This document shows, in pieces, positions 12,301-20,264 of a stretch of 64,000 bases of DNA. Position 1 is the first letter of the stretch. Each line of letters opens with the position of its first letter. This stretch comes from a virus: positions 7,277 to 71,276 of IMG/VR virus record IMGVR_UViG_3300030098_004514; one strand, given 5' to 3'. A model generated the notes under the pieces. The model made no database searches. It was not told the DNA's origin and saw only the letters and a program-made list of their open reading frames with translations. The position numbers and the translations under genes are program-made.

Positions 12301-13731
12301 GTTTTAGCACACAATGTTGGTAAATTAAACGTAACAAGTAGTGGTATAGGAAACCCTAGTATGTACGCTGGTCACGAGGGTGGGTTAGAGCCATATGTTA
12401 CCACAACTGATCCTAATTTTGGTGATGGTCCAGAAAACAGTTTTAGAATAAAAATAAATAAAAATATTTATGGTGGCGAAGAAAATAAATCGCCATATTC
12501 TATGATTGATTTAAATTGGCATAATTGTTATTCTTTTAGAAACGGTGTTGAATCAGATAGAATTAGAGATAACTTTAATACACCTTTTATATCTAATGGT
12601 GTTAGAGTATCTACAACTTTATCTGATTATAAACAAGAACAAAGACAATATGGGTTAATATATTCTGGAATATATAACTCTGTGGCTGGTATTAATAATT
12701 TAAATCAATTTATACAAGCTGAAAAAATAACTAAAGATATAAATCCAAATTACGGTAGTATACAGAAACTTTTTTCAAGAGATTCTGATTTATTAACAAT
12801 ATGTGAAGATAAAACATTAAAAATACTAGCCAATAAAGATGCTGTATATAATGCTGACGGAAACCCTCAATTAACAGCTAATATAAATGTATTAGGTCAA
12901 ACTATACCATTTTCAGGAGATTATGGTATATCAAAAAATCCAGAATCATTTGCATCGGAAAACTATAGAGCTTATTTTACAGATAAAGTTAGAGGTGCTG
13001 TGTTGAGATTATCTAAAGACGGATTAACACCTATATCAGAAGCTGGTATGCGAGATTGGTTTAAAGACAATTTAAGACATGCTGATAAAATTATTGGTTC
13101 TTATGATGATGAAAAACAAGAATACAATGTCACTTTAAAAAACACAATAGATCATGTTTTAGATTGGACTAATCTTTCAAGTCCAGTTGCTAATTCTAAT
13201 AACGATAGTGGTGGTTTTGGCGTAGTGGCTACGTATGACGAAAGAGTAAAAGGTTGGGTTAGCTTTAAGTCGTTTAATGAAATGGAAACCGGTGTTAGTT
13301 GTGCTAACAATTATTATACGGTAAAAGATGGTATTTTATATGAACATCACTATCAATCCGCTAGTTACAACGAGTTTTACGGGCAGCCATATAAAACCTT
13401 AGTGAACGTGCTATTAAACGACGAACCTAGTATGATTAAAAGTTTTAAAACAATAGGGTATGAAGGTAGTCAAGCTAAAATATTATCACACGTAGATTAC
13501 AGCAACCAGTATAATGATTTTGAACCTTCTATGGGATGGTACGTGTATAGCATGAATACCAATATGGACGAGGGTACAGAAACATATTTTATTGAAAAAG
13601 AAAATAAATGGTTTTCTAGAATAAAAGGTAATAATACAGCAGATATTGATACTAGTAGTTTTGCTAACCAAGGACTTGGCCCATTAGGTACAGTGACTGT
13701 TGTTAGTGGAGGTGGTGGAGGTGGTGTTTAA
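6358..13731 (+). CDS. Tail stabilization/muzzle protein with large insertions
   Basis: 2457 aa. N-terminus GRMNLDLDERLVPNGEYREAFNI, internal LFWTDDYNEPKKINI and FAYRYKYEDGEYS, and C-terminal YGISKNPESFA are typical of crAss-like stabilization proteins. Confidence 0.75.
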   Translation: MPEIKHQFSSGRMNLDLDERLVPNGEYREAFNIQVSSSEGSNVGVLQNILSNQKVNGQLNITDHRMYTYNCIGSVSDEKNDTLYWFVRPNHHKVASAIEFFRGIYNTDSTALGAVSTNGLWQWKPYAANIPNNPYTFAVQTTVGQDMILQYTKNSVIEPVLVDQFEVICGVVDGLYQLPGTSGGQYLEYGTLRLQIDEEAYNAIDIGWELDGYTLGTSNTGSSSSLVNLFNIHVVKKYEAPSGVFNIELAHYEDNMFMSSLNNLHIFADNIVNYGIGPAGRIKALYFKNPKPITNFRNVRHITGVNIIDDMLFWTDDYNEPKKINIPRSISGTFSTATHPTYLINEADSIQLSDKVRLKEEHATVIKKSPNNPLALNLVTGREELRVLDSNDNVYYQSYSSIITTGSLNNTSDDILDINGNTSVNSFSSLNVGDNFTVKLTRDAAGHDATAGDNISFLWGAGDVVVIKEFDDTNTDPPSLPLTEYTIKATIVGFNSVSVPNVGGLVSNNTQSAEVTFMVNSIRGAIPTINTIANTTGELQYVIDKFDQEKNIFEFKYPRFAYRYKYEDGEYSHFSPFTQPAFVPGGFDYHPKKGYNLGMVNRIAYIVLKNFVSDNIPKDVIEVDLLYKDDSSPMIYVIDSLAPDDEQFINKPNWCNEPITSVGWAQKWNNWQLNAYKITDEQIKYILPENQLLRIYDNVPRKALSQEVTGNRIVYGNYLQNFDLLNLVGERFTPYFQHALIEYDQEYGNNIKDRSIKSLREYQLGVVFVDEFGRETPVLSTSQATFKVPKDLSDNNNRLRVGMSYAPPAAVFADMKYFKFCIKETSGQWYNMAMDRYYDAGDGNVWMSFPSADRNKIKEEDFLILKKAAESNDAVIDHPARYKVLAIENEAPDHIKTTFTLVDSRTHGGDVFTSFSTQIPRGGTSTFEMKYNEFYNTHISNWHEQFLNRASGDEFYIQFENGGELSQKYKIASITCDVQFDVTTGVPTNLNSARYHVKTAITLTDDVNMILDDPTNTSPNFVLSTSRIRIFRSTVQNKPEFDGRFFVKIFTDDIFDRFIKTPSRPDFMDEDNYQVIASIPLNYMNRMHHLMHGSKGDFQDSNGENYHAGTGLQEPVRCAVANSNLPGSSGIPTYNGTTAYENAYTLKQLTSKVDLNGDTVELGLATFAPFFRLYTKAPNNYADVLDTTGGIDYIKHYSIPNNNTNGSNGWAGPIGQLAYNSNWHQGYDTRYAFKYNGDVENGVWIEEYNNYTTIPWKSFHPIKYLGSFVTSGHYTGVGASNWTNPVNPGNLMKPTDPPYDLDSMRDLTWDNWWRTDGYKKKSDSLARDTEIWYINNGFSVGKEYYTNDKRWENLYGSQEGQGIIIGSQSIRLEVSLGGIWGEPKASMDGDNYPSDPMVDEGFFNIGKVGGNPSYQDAATIAKVEAMQPGTYCRFKEDPTGSIYQIIGVSEVNYYNYAKYAKGAAEGDWRMNDIAAESEANGGYAYSLDILSQAYGGEYYGSGVGTYTATAYGSYLNDKFGNTFLGDFWARDIASGVHMISYDITNTVDRAAATEIAFHTPDDPAYWITAGGSVMVGGTNIMDKQSNRCSWTKNYSYGAQLSCNFTKSWRLDLVNIDDSVPNQMLWNPTGATGEDFGRISNGVKIPVLIKGGNDTNGTTDHIDLTTVDYVFFTDSITNDDGQMLEKGMIAYKFDTTSNGTYDVNFGKDIDSTNDHESLLYLQVVDIIDWGDDDPYLLGADGRYEVALGGYIRPLCINDTYDFVDGGTILFRQAIMNGYSKNSVVKISRHMEYDSDFDCGVSNGADLQATQYTLEFLRAEEDLEVPLSQNPAIWETEPEDGPELDIYYEASPRIPIELDTTTANDWIPTRYSWNPFPYVVNTYTEDDGQRIHNPDGSHENSIIVTHNDASTSAFLPPEAITPLTELEIVHVDGDILTLRCDGKAWQDSIIFAAMNVGASSALIQTPPKRIRIRRPDGIIFSTEVLAHNVGKLNVTSSGIGNPSMYAGHEGGLEPYVTTTDPNFGDGPENSFRIKINKNIYGGEENKSPYSMIDLNWHNCYSFRNGVESDRIRDNFNTPFISNGVRVSTTLSDYKQEQRQYGLIYSGIYNSVAGINNLNQFIQAEKITKDINPNYGSIQKLFSRDSDLLTICEDKTLKILANKDAVYNADGNPQLTANINVLGQTIPFSGDYGISKNPESFASENYRAYFTDKVRGAVLRLSKDGLTPISEAGMRDWFKDNLRHADKIIGSYDDEKQEYNVTLKNTIDHVLDWTNLSSPVANSNNDSGGFGVVATYDERVKGWVSFKSFNEMETGVSCANNYYTVKDGILYEHHYQSASYNEFYGQPYKTLVNVLLNDEPSMIKSFKTIGYEGSQAKILSHVDYSNQYNDFEPSMGWYVYSMNTNMDEGTETYFIEKENKWFSRIKGNNTADIDTSSFANQGLGPLGTVTVVSGGGGGGV

Positions 13732-13750
13732 ATAAAATAATTTACGTAAT

Positions 13751-15568
13751 ATGAACTGTACAAAAAGTGATTTTTTAAGAATATATATGGAGTCTAATAT
13801 TAAAGATCTACAGCGTAAAGTAGATGGTAATATACTTAGATCAACAAACTACACTCCAAACATTGATTTTTTAAATAAAATATGGAATGATTACGAAAGT
13901 CAAAAATGTAATTCTTTTGATAAACACGTACAAACATTACAAGCGGAACTAAGTAGATCAGTAAAAAACTCCGATTTACACAAGTTAAACTTAGAAAAAA
14001 TAGATTTTTTAGACAAACTAAAGTTTACTTGCAATTGTTCTAAACATAGTTCTAATATTAAAGTTAATAAGTTTATAAAGCAAGTTGATTTTAACCAAAG
14101 TAGTATTCCAGCGAATGGTGGAAGTAAAAAGTTTGTTATAAAAGGTGATAAAAATGCTGTATTTAGTTTTTACGTGACAAATGAAGATAGTCCTAAAAAA
14201 TATTATAATTTTGAAACAAATTCTTTTACAACAACTAAGTACGTTTTAACAGATGTTGTTATAGAGGAACATAGTAAAACAATAAGCGTTAGCTTCCCAA
14301 AAGTAACCGATGACGATCATTATGACATAACGGTTTTTGCTAATCCAGAATACGATACTTTTCATGTACCGTATGTAGAGATGAGGTACGACGATGACAA
14401 CAGAACGGTAAACGTAAATGATAGCGTTGGATCTAATTCTGCTTTATTGCATAAAAAATTATACCAATACACTGATAACACTATAACGTTAACAGCCATT
14501 ACCCCAAATTCTATTCCAGCTCTTTCAGGTTATGCTTTTATAACAAACGAAACTATTACAGCTACAAAACATGGCGGAACAATTAAACAGCCATTTAAAT
14601 TAATCGTAACAGCCGCCGCCACTAAAGCATATTGGATTAAAAGGCAACCAACAACAGCTGATTTAGGAACTACTGTTCAAAGAACTATTGGTAGTGCTGC
14701 TGTTCCTATAGAAGGAGAGGATATTAGTAGTTCTACGTATTATAGATGGCCTATTGATAATGCTCTGGGTATATCGAATGGAATGCTTGTAACAGGTACT
14801 AATGTGGTTGCTAATTCTAAAATATCGGATTATATAACCACTATTGATATAAAAACAAAAGGCGAACCTGACACTGCTTTGTCTTCTTTAAAGAAAGCGG
14901 TCTCTTCAGAATTAAAAATAAATACAAATGTTTTTGAAGGTGGTGCTAAGAAAATATCAAAATATGGAAATGAAACTTTAATACAGTCTGAAAGATCTTT
15001 ACCAAGAGCTCGTTTAAGAACAAAAAAATATTCTGATGTTACAGCTACAGGTGTTAATTTTACATCTTTAGCAACGTTTACAAATGGTGTTGCAACATCT
15101 AGACCTGGTAATATCACGTTGAACAAACAACAGCCTGACGCGTTGAAAGATGATACTGTGAAAATATTTGCTATGGGTAGAGATCAAATAGAATCACTAA
15201 CTGGGTATAAAGTCAAAGTAACAAATGTTGAGGCTGTTTTAACAAAACCAACAACTACAACAACATCAGCAGCTACTAGTACAACTATAGCTGTGGCAGA
15301 TACGGAAGGTGTTATTAATAAAGTGTCTAGACTAAGTGGTGTAAATATTTCTTCGACATCAGCACCTCTAATAACATCAGGTGGTGGTAGTGACGGTTCA
15401 GGTAACTGGATTGTTGATGCAGCACAAACATATGAAAGCGGTACTACTTTAACAGTGGAAAACACCGGTAGAACCGTTACAATAACTGGTGATATTGAAA
15501 TATCACAAGTTGGAGAAAGCGATGTAACAATACATTTTAATATAGAAAGATTTTTATCAGCATCATAA
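13751..15568 (+). CDS. Putative tail/virion structural protein
   Basis: 605 aa with a Thr/Ser-rich, beta-rich C-terminal two-thirds. It lies in the tail operon and the start codon is uncertain. Confidence 0.5.
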   Translation: MNCTKSDFLRIYMESNIKDLQRKVDGNILRSTNYTPNIDFLNKIWNDYESQKCNSFDKHVQTLQAELSRSVKNSDLHKLNLEKIDFLDKLKFTCNCSKHSSNIKVNKFIKQVDFNQSSIPANGGSKKFVIKGDKNAVFSFYVTNEDSPKKYYNFETNSFTTTKYVLTDVVIEEHSKTISVSFPKVTDDDHYDITVFANPEYDTFHVPYVEMRYDDDNRTVNVNDSVGSNSALLHKKLYQYTDNTITLTAITPNSIPALSGYAFITNETITATKHGGTIKQPFKLIVTAAATKAYWIKRQPTTADLGTTVQRTIGSAAVPIEGEDISSSTYYRWPIDNALGISNGMLVTGTNVVANSKISDYITTIDIKTKGEPDTALSSLKKAVSSELKINTNVFEGGAKKISKYGNETLIQSERSLPRARLRTKKYSDVTATGVNFTSLATFTNGVATSRPGNITLNKQQPDALKDDTVKIFAMGRDQIESLTGYKVKVTNVEAVLTKPTTTTTSAATSTTIAVADTEGVINKVSRLSGVNISSTSAPLITSGGGSDGSGNWIVDAAQTYESGTTLTVENTGRTVTITGDIEISQVGESDVTIHFNIERFLSAS

Positions 15569-15580
15569 AAAAATAAATTT

Positions 15581-15961
15581 ATGGCAACTACACAAGCGAC
15601 AGTATCATATGACTATTCATTAAACACCTCTTTACAAATAGGAGACTTTTTATATTGTACGTGTGTAGTGAGCACAACTGATGGGTTTCACGTTAGCACG
15701 GCACCACCACTATTATTTGGTGAAGTAACTGAGATCACTGATACATATATAGGATTTTCATACACCTCTTTTGGTAATGGATTACCTGACTTAATACCTT
15801 GCAGCGGAGGTACTAGATTTTTATCTTTTGGAAAAGACAAAGCTGTAAATGAAACATCATTAAAGGGCTATTATAATTCAGTTGCTTTTTTAAATGATGA
15901 CAATAATAACGAAGCAGAATTGTTTATGGTTAATTCAGAAACAACGTTTAGTAGTAAATAA
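15581..15961 (+). CDS. Small conserved tail-associated protein
   Basis: 126 aa (NTSLQIGD...SLKGYY...AELF...SSK) at the end of the tail block. Confidence 0.5.
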   Translation: MATTQATVSYDYSLNTSLQIGDFLYCTCVVSTTDGFHVSTAPPLLFGEVTEITDTYIGFSYTSFGNGLPDLIPCSGGTRFLSFGKDKAVNETSLKGYYNSVAFLNDDNNNEAELFMVNSETTFSSK

Positions 15962-15983
15962 ACAGCAAAAACTGTGACTATAT
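15954..15983 (+). promoter_or_regulatory. Late/middle phage promoter (class L: GTAAA-N15-GTGAYWATAT)
   Basis: GTAAA-TAAACAGCAAAAACT-GTGACTATAT, 19 nt before the ATG at 16003. Three other sites share the same spacing. Confidence 0.7.
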
Positions 15984-16002
15984 TAAGTATAAATTAAATT
16001 AA

Positions 16003-16428
16003 ATGAACTTAATTATAGAAACTAGTAAAAAAGATTGGGAAAAATTTCTTAAAGAAAAAAATATTACAAAAAATCAAGTTGATTATTATTTAAAAAACAT
16101 ACTTGATACCCCTAGTTTTGACACTAAAGCAGGTCAAGTTTTGAATATTGAAAACAATCAATATGAGAAAAGAATATCTACAATACATGGTTTTGGTATA
16201 TTTGCAAAGAAAGACATTGATAAGGGCGAAACAATAGGTATAGCCATAGGTTTTATAAATGATAAAAAATATAGAAGTTATATAGGAAGATTTACAAATC
16301 ACTCTAATAATAAAAATTGTGTTTTTGAACAGTGTGAATCTGGAAATGTTTTTGCGGTGTGTATAGCAAATATTAAAAAAGATCAAGAAATACTAGTTGA
16401 CTATAGAGATCATTGGGAAAAGTTTTAA
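16003..16428 (+). CDS. SET-domain protein (putative lysine methyltransferase)
   Basis: STIHGFGIFAKKDIDKGE, RFTNHSNNKNC and IKKDQEILVDY match SET motifs GxG, RFxNHS and ELxxDY. Confidence 0.8.
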   Translation: MNLIIETSKKDWEKFLKEKNITKNQVDYYLKNILDTPSFDTKAGQVLNIENNQYEKRISTIHGFGIFAKKDIDKGETIGIAIGFINDKKYRSYIGRFTNHSNNKNCVFEQCESGNVFAVCIANIKKDQEILVDYRDHWEKF

Positions 16429-16445
16429 ATTAAATTAAATTAAAC

Positions 16446-17018
16446 ATGATATATCTTATAGATAATTTTTTAAACGATAATTTGTTTAAAAAAACAACAC
16501 ACTATTTAAATAGTAATAGTTATATTGAACACGAAACACCTGGTAAAACTTTTTGGGTACAAGAGGCTAAACAGGAGTTTATTAATACTGTATTAAGTAC
16601 TCTTGCTTTAAAAGAAAAATGTGAGTTGGAAAATATACTAGCATTTTTTAGGGTATCCACAGATACTATAGATACTGAATGGAGAATACATAGCGATGGT
16701 ATTATAAATGGTCAAAAACCTGAAAGAGCTGTGGTTTTATATCTCTCACCTAAAAAGATGAAAGGGTTACATGGTACCGCGTTTTGGGATCACAAAGAAT
16801 ATGGGAAAAAACAACCAGGTAATATTAGTGATAGAGATTTTGATGCGCTTTTATCAAAAGAATCTGGAGATTTAACTAAATGGGATTTAAACACTGTTTT
16901 AGGATACGAACAGAATAGATTAATATCATATCCAGCAAATTACTTTCATAGTAAGTATCCTAATAAAGCTTGGGAAGAAGGTAGGCAAGTATTTGTTATG
17001 TTTTATAAAACTAAATAA
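16446..17018 (+). CDS. 2OG-Fe(II) oxygenase family protein
   Basis: HxD (IHSDG), AVVLYL, GTAFW, NRLISY..YFHS and a C-terminal R-x-V-x-V-x-F give the double-stranded beta-helix pattern. Confidence 0.75.
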   Translation: MIYLIDNFLNDNLFKKTTHYLNSNSYIEHETPGKTFWVQEAKQEFINTVLSTLALKEKCELENILAFFRVSTDTIDTEWRIHSDGIINGQKPERAVVLYLSPKKMKGLHGTAFWDHKEYGKKQPGNISDRDFDALLSKESGDLTKWDLNTVLGYEQNRLISYPANYFHSKYPNKAWEEGRQVFVMFYKTK

Positions 17019-17020
17019 CT

Positions 17021-17431
17021 ATGGAAGATAAATTAGTATTTCGTCCATTAATAGATAGTGATTATGAAACTATATGTAGTTGGTGGAAATGGTGGAGATG
17101 GCCTATTTTACCAAAGGATTTTCTACCTAACAACGGTAAAGGTGGTTTTATAGTAGAGAAAAATAGCGTACCTATTGTTTCATGTTATTTATATTTAACA
17201 AACTCTTCTGTGGCTATTTTTGATTGGGTGGTATCAAATCCAGAATATAAAGAAAAAGATAGAAAAAAAGCGATTGAAAAGTTAATAAATGACACGGAGC
17301 TTTTTTGCAAAGATATAAACATAAAACATCTATTTAGTATAGGTAGAAATCAACACTTAATAAAAACACATGAAAAATTAGGATGGCATATAGATAAAAA
17401 GTCATCTTATGAATTAATTAAAAAAATATAA
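17021..17431 (+). CDS. GNAT-like acetyltransferase fold protein
   Basis: FRPL..SDYETI, WVVSNPEYK..DR and HEKLGW. It precedes the ejection proteins, as GNAT-like genes often do in podoviruses. Confidence 0.6.
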   Translation: MEDKLVFRPLIDSDYETICSWWKWWRWPILPKDFLPNNGKGGFIVEKNSVPIVSCYLYLTNSSVAIFDWVVSNPEYKEKDRKKAIEKLINDTELFCKDINIKHLFSIGRNQHLIKTHEKLGWHIDKKSSYELIKKI

Positions 17432-17432
17432 T

Positions 17433-18515
17433 ATGTCAGTAATAACAGGAGTGGTGGTAGCGGTGGGAGCTGCTTATATAGGTACGTCTATATATAATAG
17501 TTACAAAGCAGGTCAGGCTCACGATGATGCTATGGAGATAGCAGAAGATAATCAAGTCCAACAAAACGAGATTGCAGAACAACAACTAGCTTTTCAAAAA
17601 GAAGAAGCTAAAAAACTTGAGGCTCAAAAAGATGTTTATAGAAGTATGGTGTTTAAAAATCCATATGCTGACGTAAAGAATTTTTATGCAGATATTCAAA
17701 ATCCATTTAGAGATTTACAAACAGATTTTGAAAATGTATACGAAGATTTAACTGTAAACCAACAACAAGCTGAGTTTCAAAGAGACACGATGGCCCAACA
17801 AAGAGCTAATATAATGGGTCAAATGAGAGGTGCTGCTGGAGGAAGTGGTATTGCCGGTCTTGCTCAAGCTATGGCTAATCAAGGCCAGTTAGCCACACAA
17901 CAAGTTTCAGCGTCAATAGGCCAACAGGAGGCAATGAACCAAAGATTGAGAGCGCAGGGCGCTGCTCAAGTTCAAAGCATGGAAGCCCAGAGAGAACAGT
18001 TAATAGCTCAAGGCGCTTACCAGGCAGATATAACAAGAGCTAGAGGTGAGTCGGCTGCAGATATGGCTAGACGTGGTGGAGAAGCTAGTTTGCAAGAAAT
18101 GGAAATGAGTAGACAAGCAACTTTATTAGGTATTCAGATGGGGCAAACAACAGGCGCTAACCAAGCTTTACAGCAAGCTTATGCAAACCAAATGATGGCA
18201 GGGGCAGGCATGGCCAACTTAATGGGACAGCAATCCGCTTCTTTATATGGTTTAGCTGGTTCATATGCGCAGGCTGGTGGACAAATGATAGGTAGTGCGG
18301 CTTCTGATAGGAGATTAAAGAAAAATATAAATAAAATTGGTGAATCATCTAGCGGGTTAAATATATATAGTTTCGAATTTAAAGATTCTAAATATGGCGA
18401 AGGTGTGTTTCAAGGCGTAATGTCTGATGAGATACCACAAAAGTTTGTTAGAACTATAAATGGTTACGATATAGTAGATTATAGCATGTTAGATGTAGAA
18501 TTTAAACAAATATAA
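17433..18515 (+). CDS. Putative ejection/pilot protein with a C-terminal peptidase S74-like (intramolecular chaperone) domain
   Basis: Hydrophobic N-terminus, Gln/Ala/Gly-rich coiled coil, and C-terminal SDRRLKKNI...GVMSDEI...VDYS. Confidence 0.65.
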   Translation: MSVITGVVVAVGAAYIGTSIYNSYKAGQAHDDAMEIAEDNQVQQNEIAEQQLAFQKEEAKKLEAQKDVYRSMVFKNPYADVKNFYADIQNPFRDLQTDFENVYEDLTVNQQQAEFQRDTMAQQRANIMGQMRGAAGGSGIAGLAQAMANQGQLATQQVSASIGQQEAMNQRLRAQGAAQVQSMEAQREQLIAQGAYQADITRARGESAADMARRGGEASLQEMEMSRQATLLGIQMGQTTGANQALQQAYANQMMAGAGMANLMGQQSASLYGLAGSYAQAGGQMIGSAASDRRLKKNINKIGESSSGLNIYSFEFKDSKYGEGVFQGVMSDEIPQKFVRTINGYDIVDYSMLDVEFKQI

Positions 18516-18517
18516 AT

Positions 18518-20257
18518 ATGGCAAAGGGATATGGGGCAGATCCAACTTTAGTATCAGCGGCGTATAGATTAGGACAATCTTATGGACCTGCTGATTATAC
18601 AAAGATTTTTGAATATCAATACGAAGGCTTATCAGAAGCGATTAAGGCTAAATATGAATCTTATGAAACAATGGTTAAGGCAAGTGCTGACATGGTAACC
18701 GACGTCTATGAAGGTTTAGAAAAAAAGATGGGGGAAAGGGATAAGGAGAGTGCGGAAACATTGACCGAGACTGGTAAAGTTTTAACTGGTGATTCAACAT
18801 TTGATTATTTAAGTGAGGGTCAAAACTTTAATAAAGCTATGAATGAATTATCAACTAATTACACTGATGGTGTAATCACAGATAATAAAGATAATTATTC
18901 CACAAGTAATCCAAATATAACAAACAAAGCAGAGTTTAAAAGAGATAAAGAACAGTTTTTAGCGTACAAAGAGACAATAGAAGAATATAGTGGTAAATTA
19001 TATCTCACTAAAAATCAAAAAGAAAAAAGAGATGACGCTATTAAAGCTACCTTAAAACTTAGAGAAACCATGAATAAACATAGAGGGATGATTAATAGTA
19101 AAGGAATAGCTTGGAATAGTGGTTTTATAGATAAACAACATTCGTTTGAAAACGATCCTGATTTAATGTTTTTGTCTGGTAAGGTTTTGGAAAAAGATGG
19201 AGACATGTCGAAAGCTGGAGTAAGTACTTTTTATGGACAAGATGGTCATATTTATTATAAATATCCAGTTGGTATGGCTAACCCAATACTTAAAGAGATA
19301 CAAACTAAAGCTAAAGAACTTGAAAATATTTCTTTAAATCTAGACACTCCAACCGCAGAAGAATTAGCTAAAAAAGGAGGTGAGATGATGACTGGTAAAA
19401 AAGAAATTGGTTTAGAAGTGCCAAAGCTTAAAACAAAAGAACTAGAACTACCAACATCGAAAGAATACAAAATTATTAGAGCAGATAAGTTATTTGCCGG
19501 TTTACAAGAGGTTGATAATGCAACTAGAAACACTTTAGAAGCCGAAACTGCTAACATTATTAATTTAGCCCAAGAAACAATGACGGCTACTGATGGAAAA
19601 ACCAAAGTTGCTTCTATAGAAAACTATAATAAAATTTCTAAAAAAACAGAAAACAATATAAAAAACCAGCTGTTAAAATCTACTAATTATCGAAACATAA
19701 CAAATAATCCTGTATTAATATCTGGTGAAGAAATTAATTGGGATGAGGATTTGAGTGAGAATATAGAGATAGACATGGCGGTTATAAATCAAGATTTTAT
19801 TGGAAGTAATGTCCTTACTTTAGATCAATTGAAAAACTGGGATGAAGATAAATCAGGAACATTAGATCAAGATGAGCTTAACAAGCATGAGGAGGCTAAA
19901 AAAATGCTTATTGATAAACTGCTAAATCCAATAACACAACAAGAAAAAGAAGTTTCTGTAAATGAGTTTGCTAAATATATAAATGGTTATATGAAACAGG
20001 TTTTTGATCAAACTAGAGAAAGAATGGATATAGAATCTAGTGAAAAAGGATTAAACACTAGATTGGTAAAAGCTATAGAGTCTGGACAAAAAAACATTAC
20101 TATTGGTAGAGAAAGATTTGAGTTACAAGGTGGTAAATATAAGTTGGTACAGGTATTACCACAAGGTTCTCCTACGTGGGTTGATTTTGGAGAGGACGTG
20201 TCTTACTCTGTAGACGAGTTTATACAAGATTATGGTAAACGTTTTAAAGCAAAATAA
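18518..20257 (+). CDS. Putative internal virion/ejection protein
   Basis: 579 aa, helical and charged, with an EF-hand-like DEDKSGTLDQDE segment. It lies between the pilot protein and the giant protein. Confidence 0.45.
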   Translation: MAKGYGADPTLVSAAYRLGQSYGPADYTKIFEYQYEGLSEAIKAKYESYETMVKASADMVTDVYEGLEKKMGERDKESAETLTETGKVLTGDSTFDYLSEGQNFNKAMNELSTNYTDGVITDNKDNYSTSNPNITNKAEFKRDKEQFLAYKETIEEYSGKLYLTKNQKEKRDDAIKATLKLRETMNKHRGMINSKGIAWNSGFIDKQHSFENDPDLMFLSGKVLEKDGDMSKAGVSTFYGQDGHIYYKYPVGMANPILKEIQTKAKELENISLNLDTPTAEELAKKGGEMMTGKKEIGLEVPKLKTKELELPTSKEYKIIRADKLFAGLQEVDNATRNTLEAETANIINLAQETMTATDGKTKVASIENYNKISKKTENNIKNQLLKSTNYRNITNNPVLISGEEINWDEDLSENIEIDMAVINQDFIGSNVLTLDQLKNWDEDKSGTLDQDELNKHEEAKKMLIDKLLNPITQQEKEVSVNEFAKYINGYMKQVFDQTRERMDIESSEKGLNTRLVKAIESGQKNITIGRERFELQGGKYKLVQVLPQGSPTWVDFGEDVSYSVDEFIQDYGKRFKAK

Positions 20258-20264
20258 ATAAAAT

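Noticed and set aside
17650-17760. Short NP(Y/F)xD-like repeats in the pilot protein
   Set aside because: They are a minor degenerate heptad expansion with no independent evidence of function.
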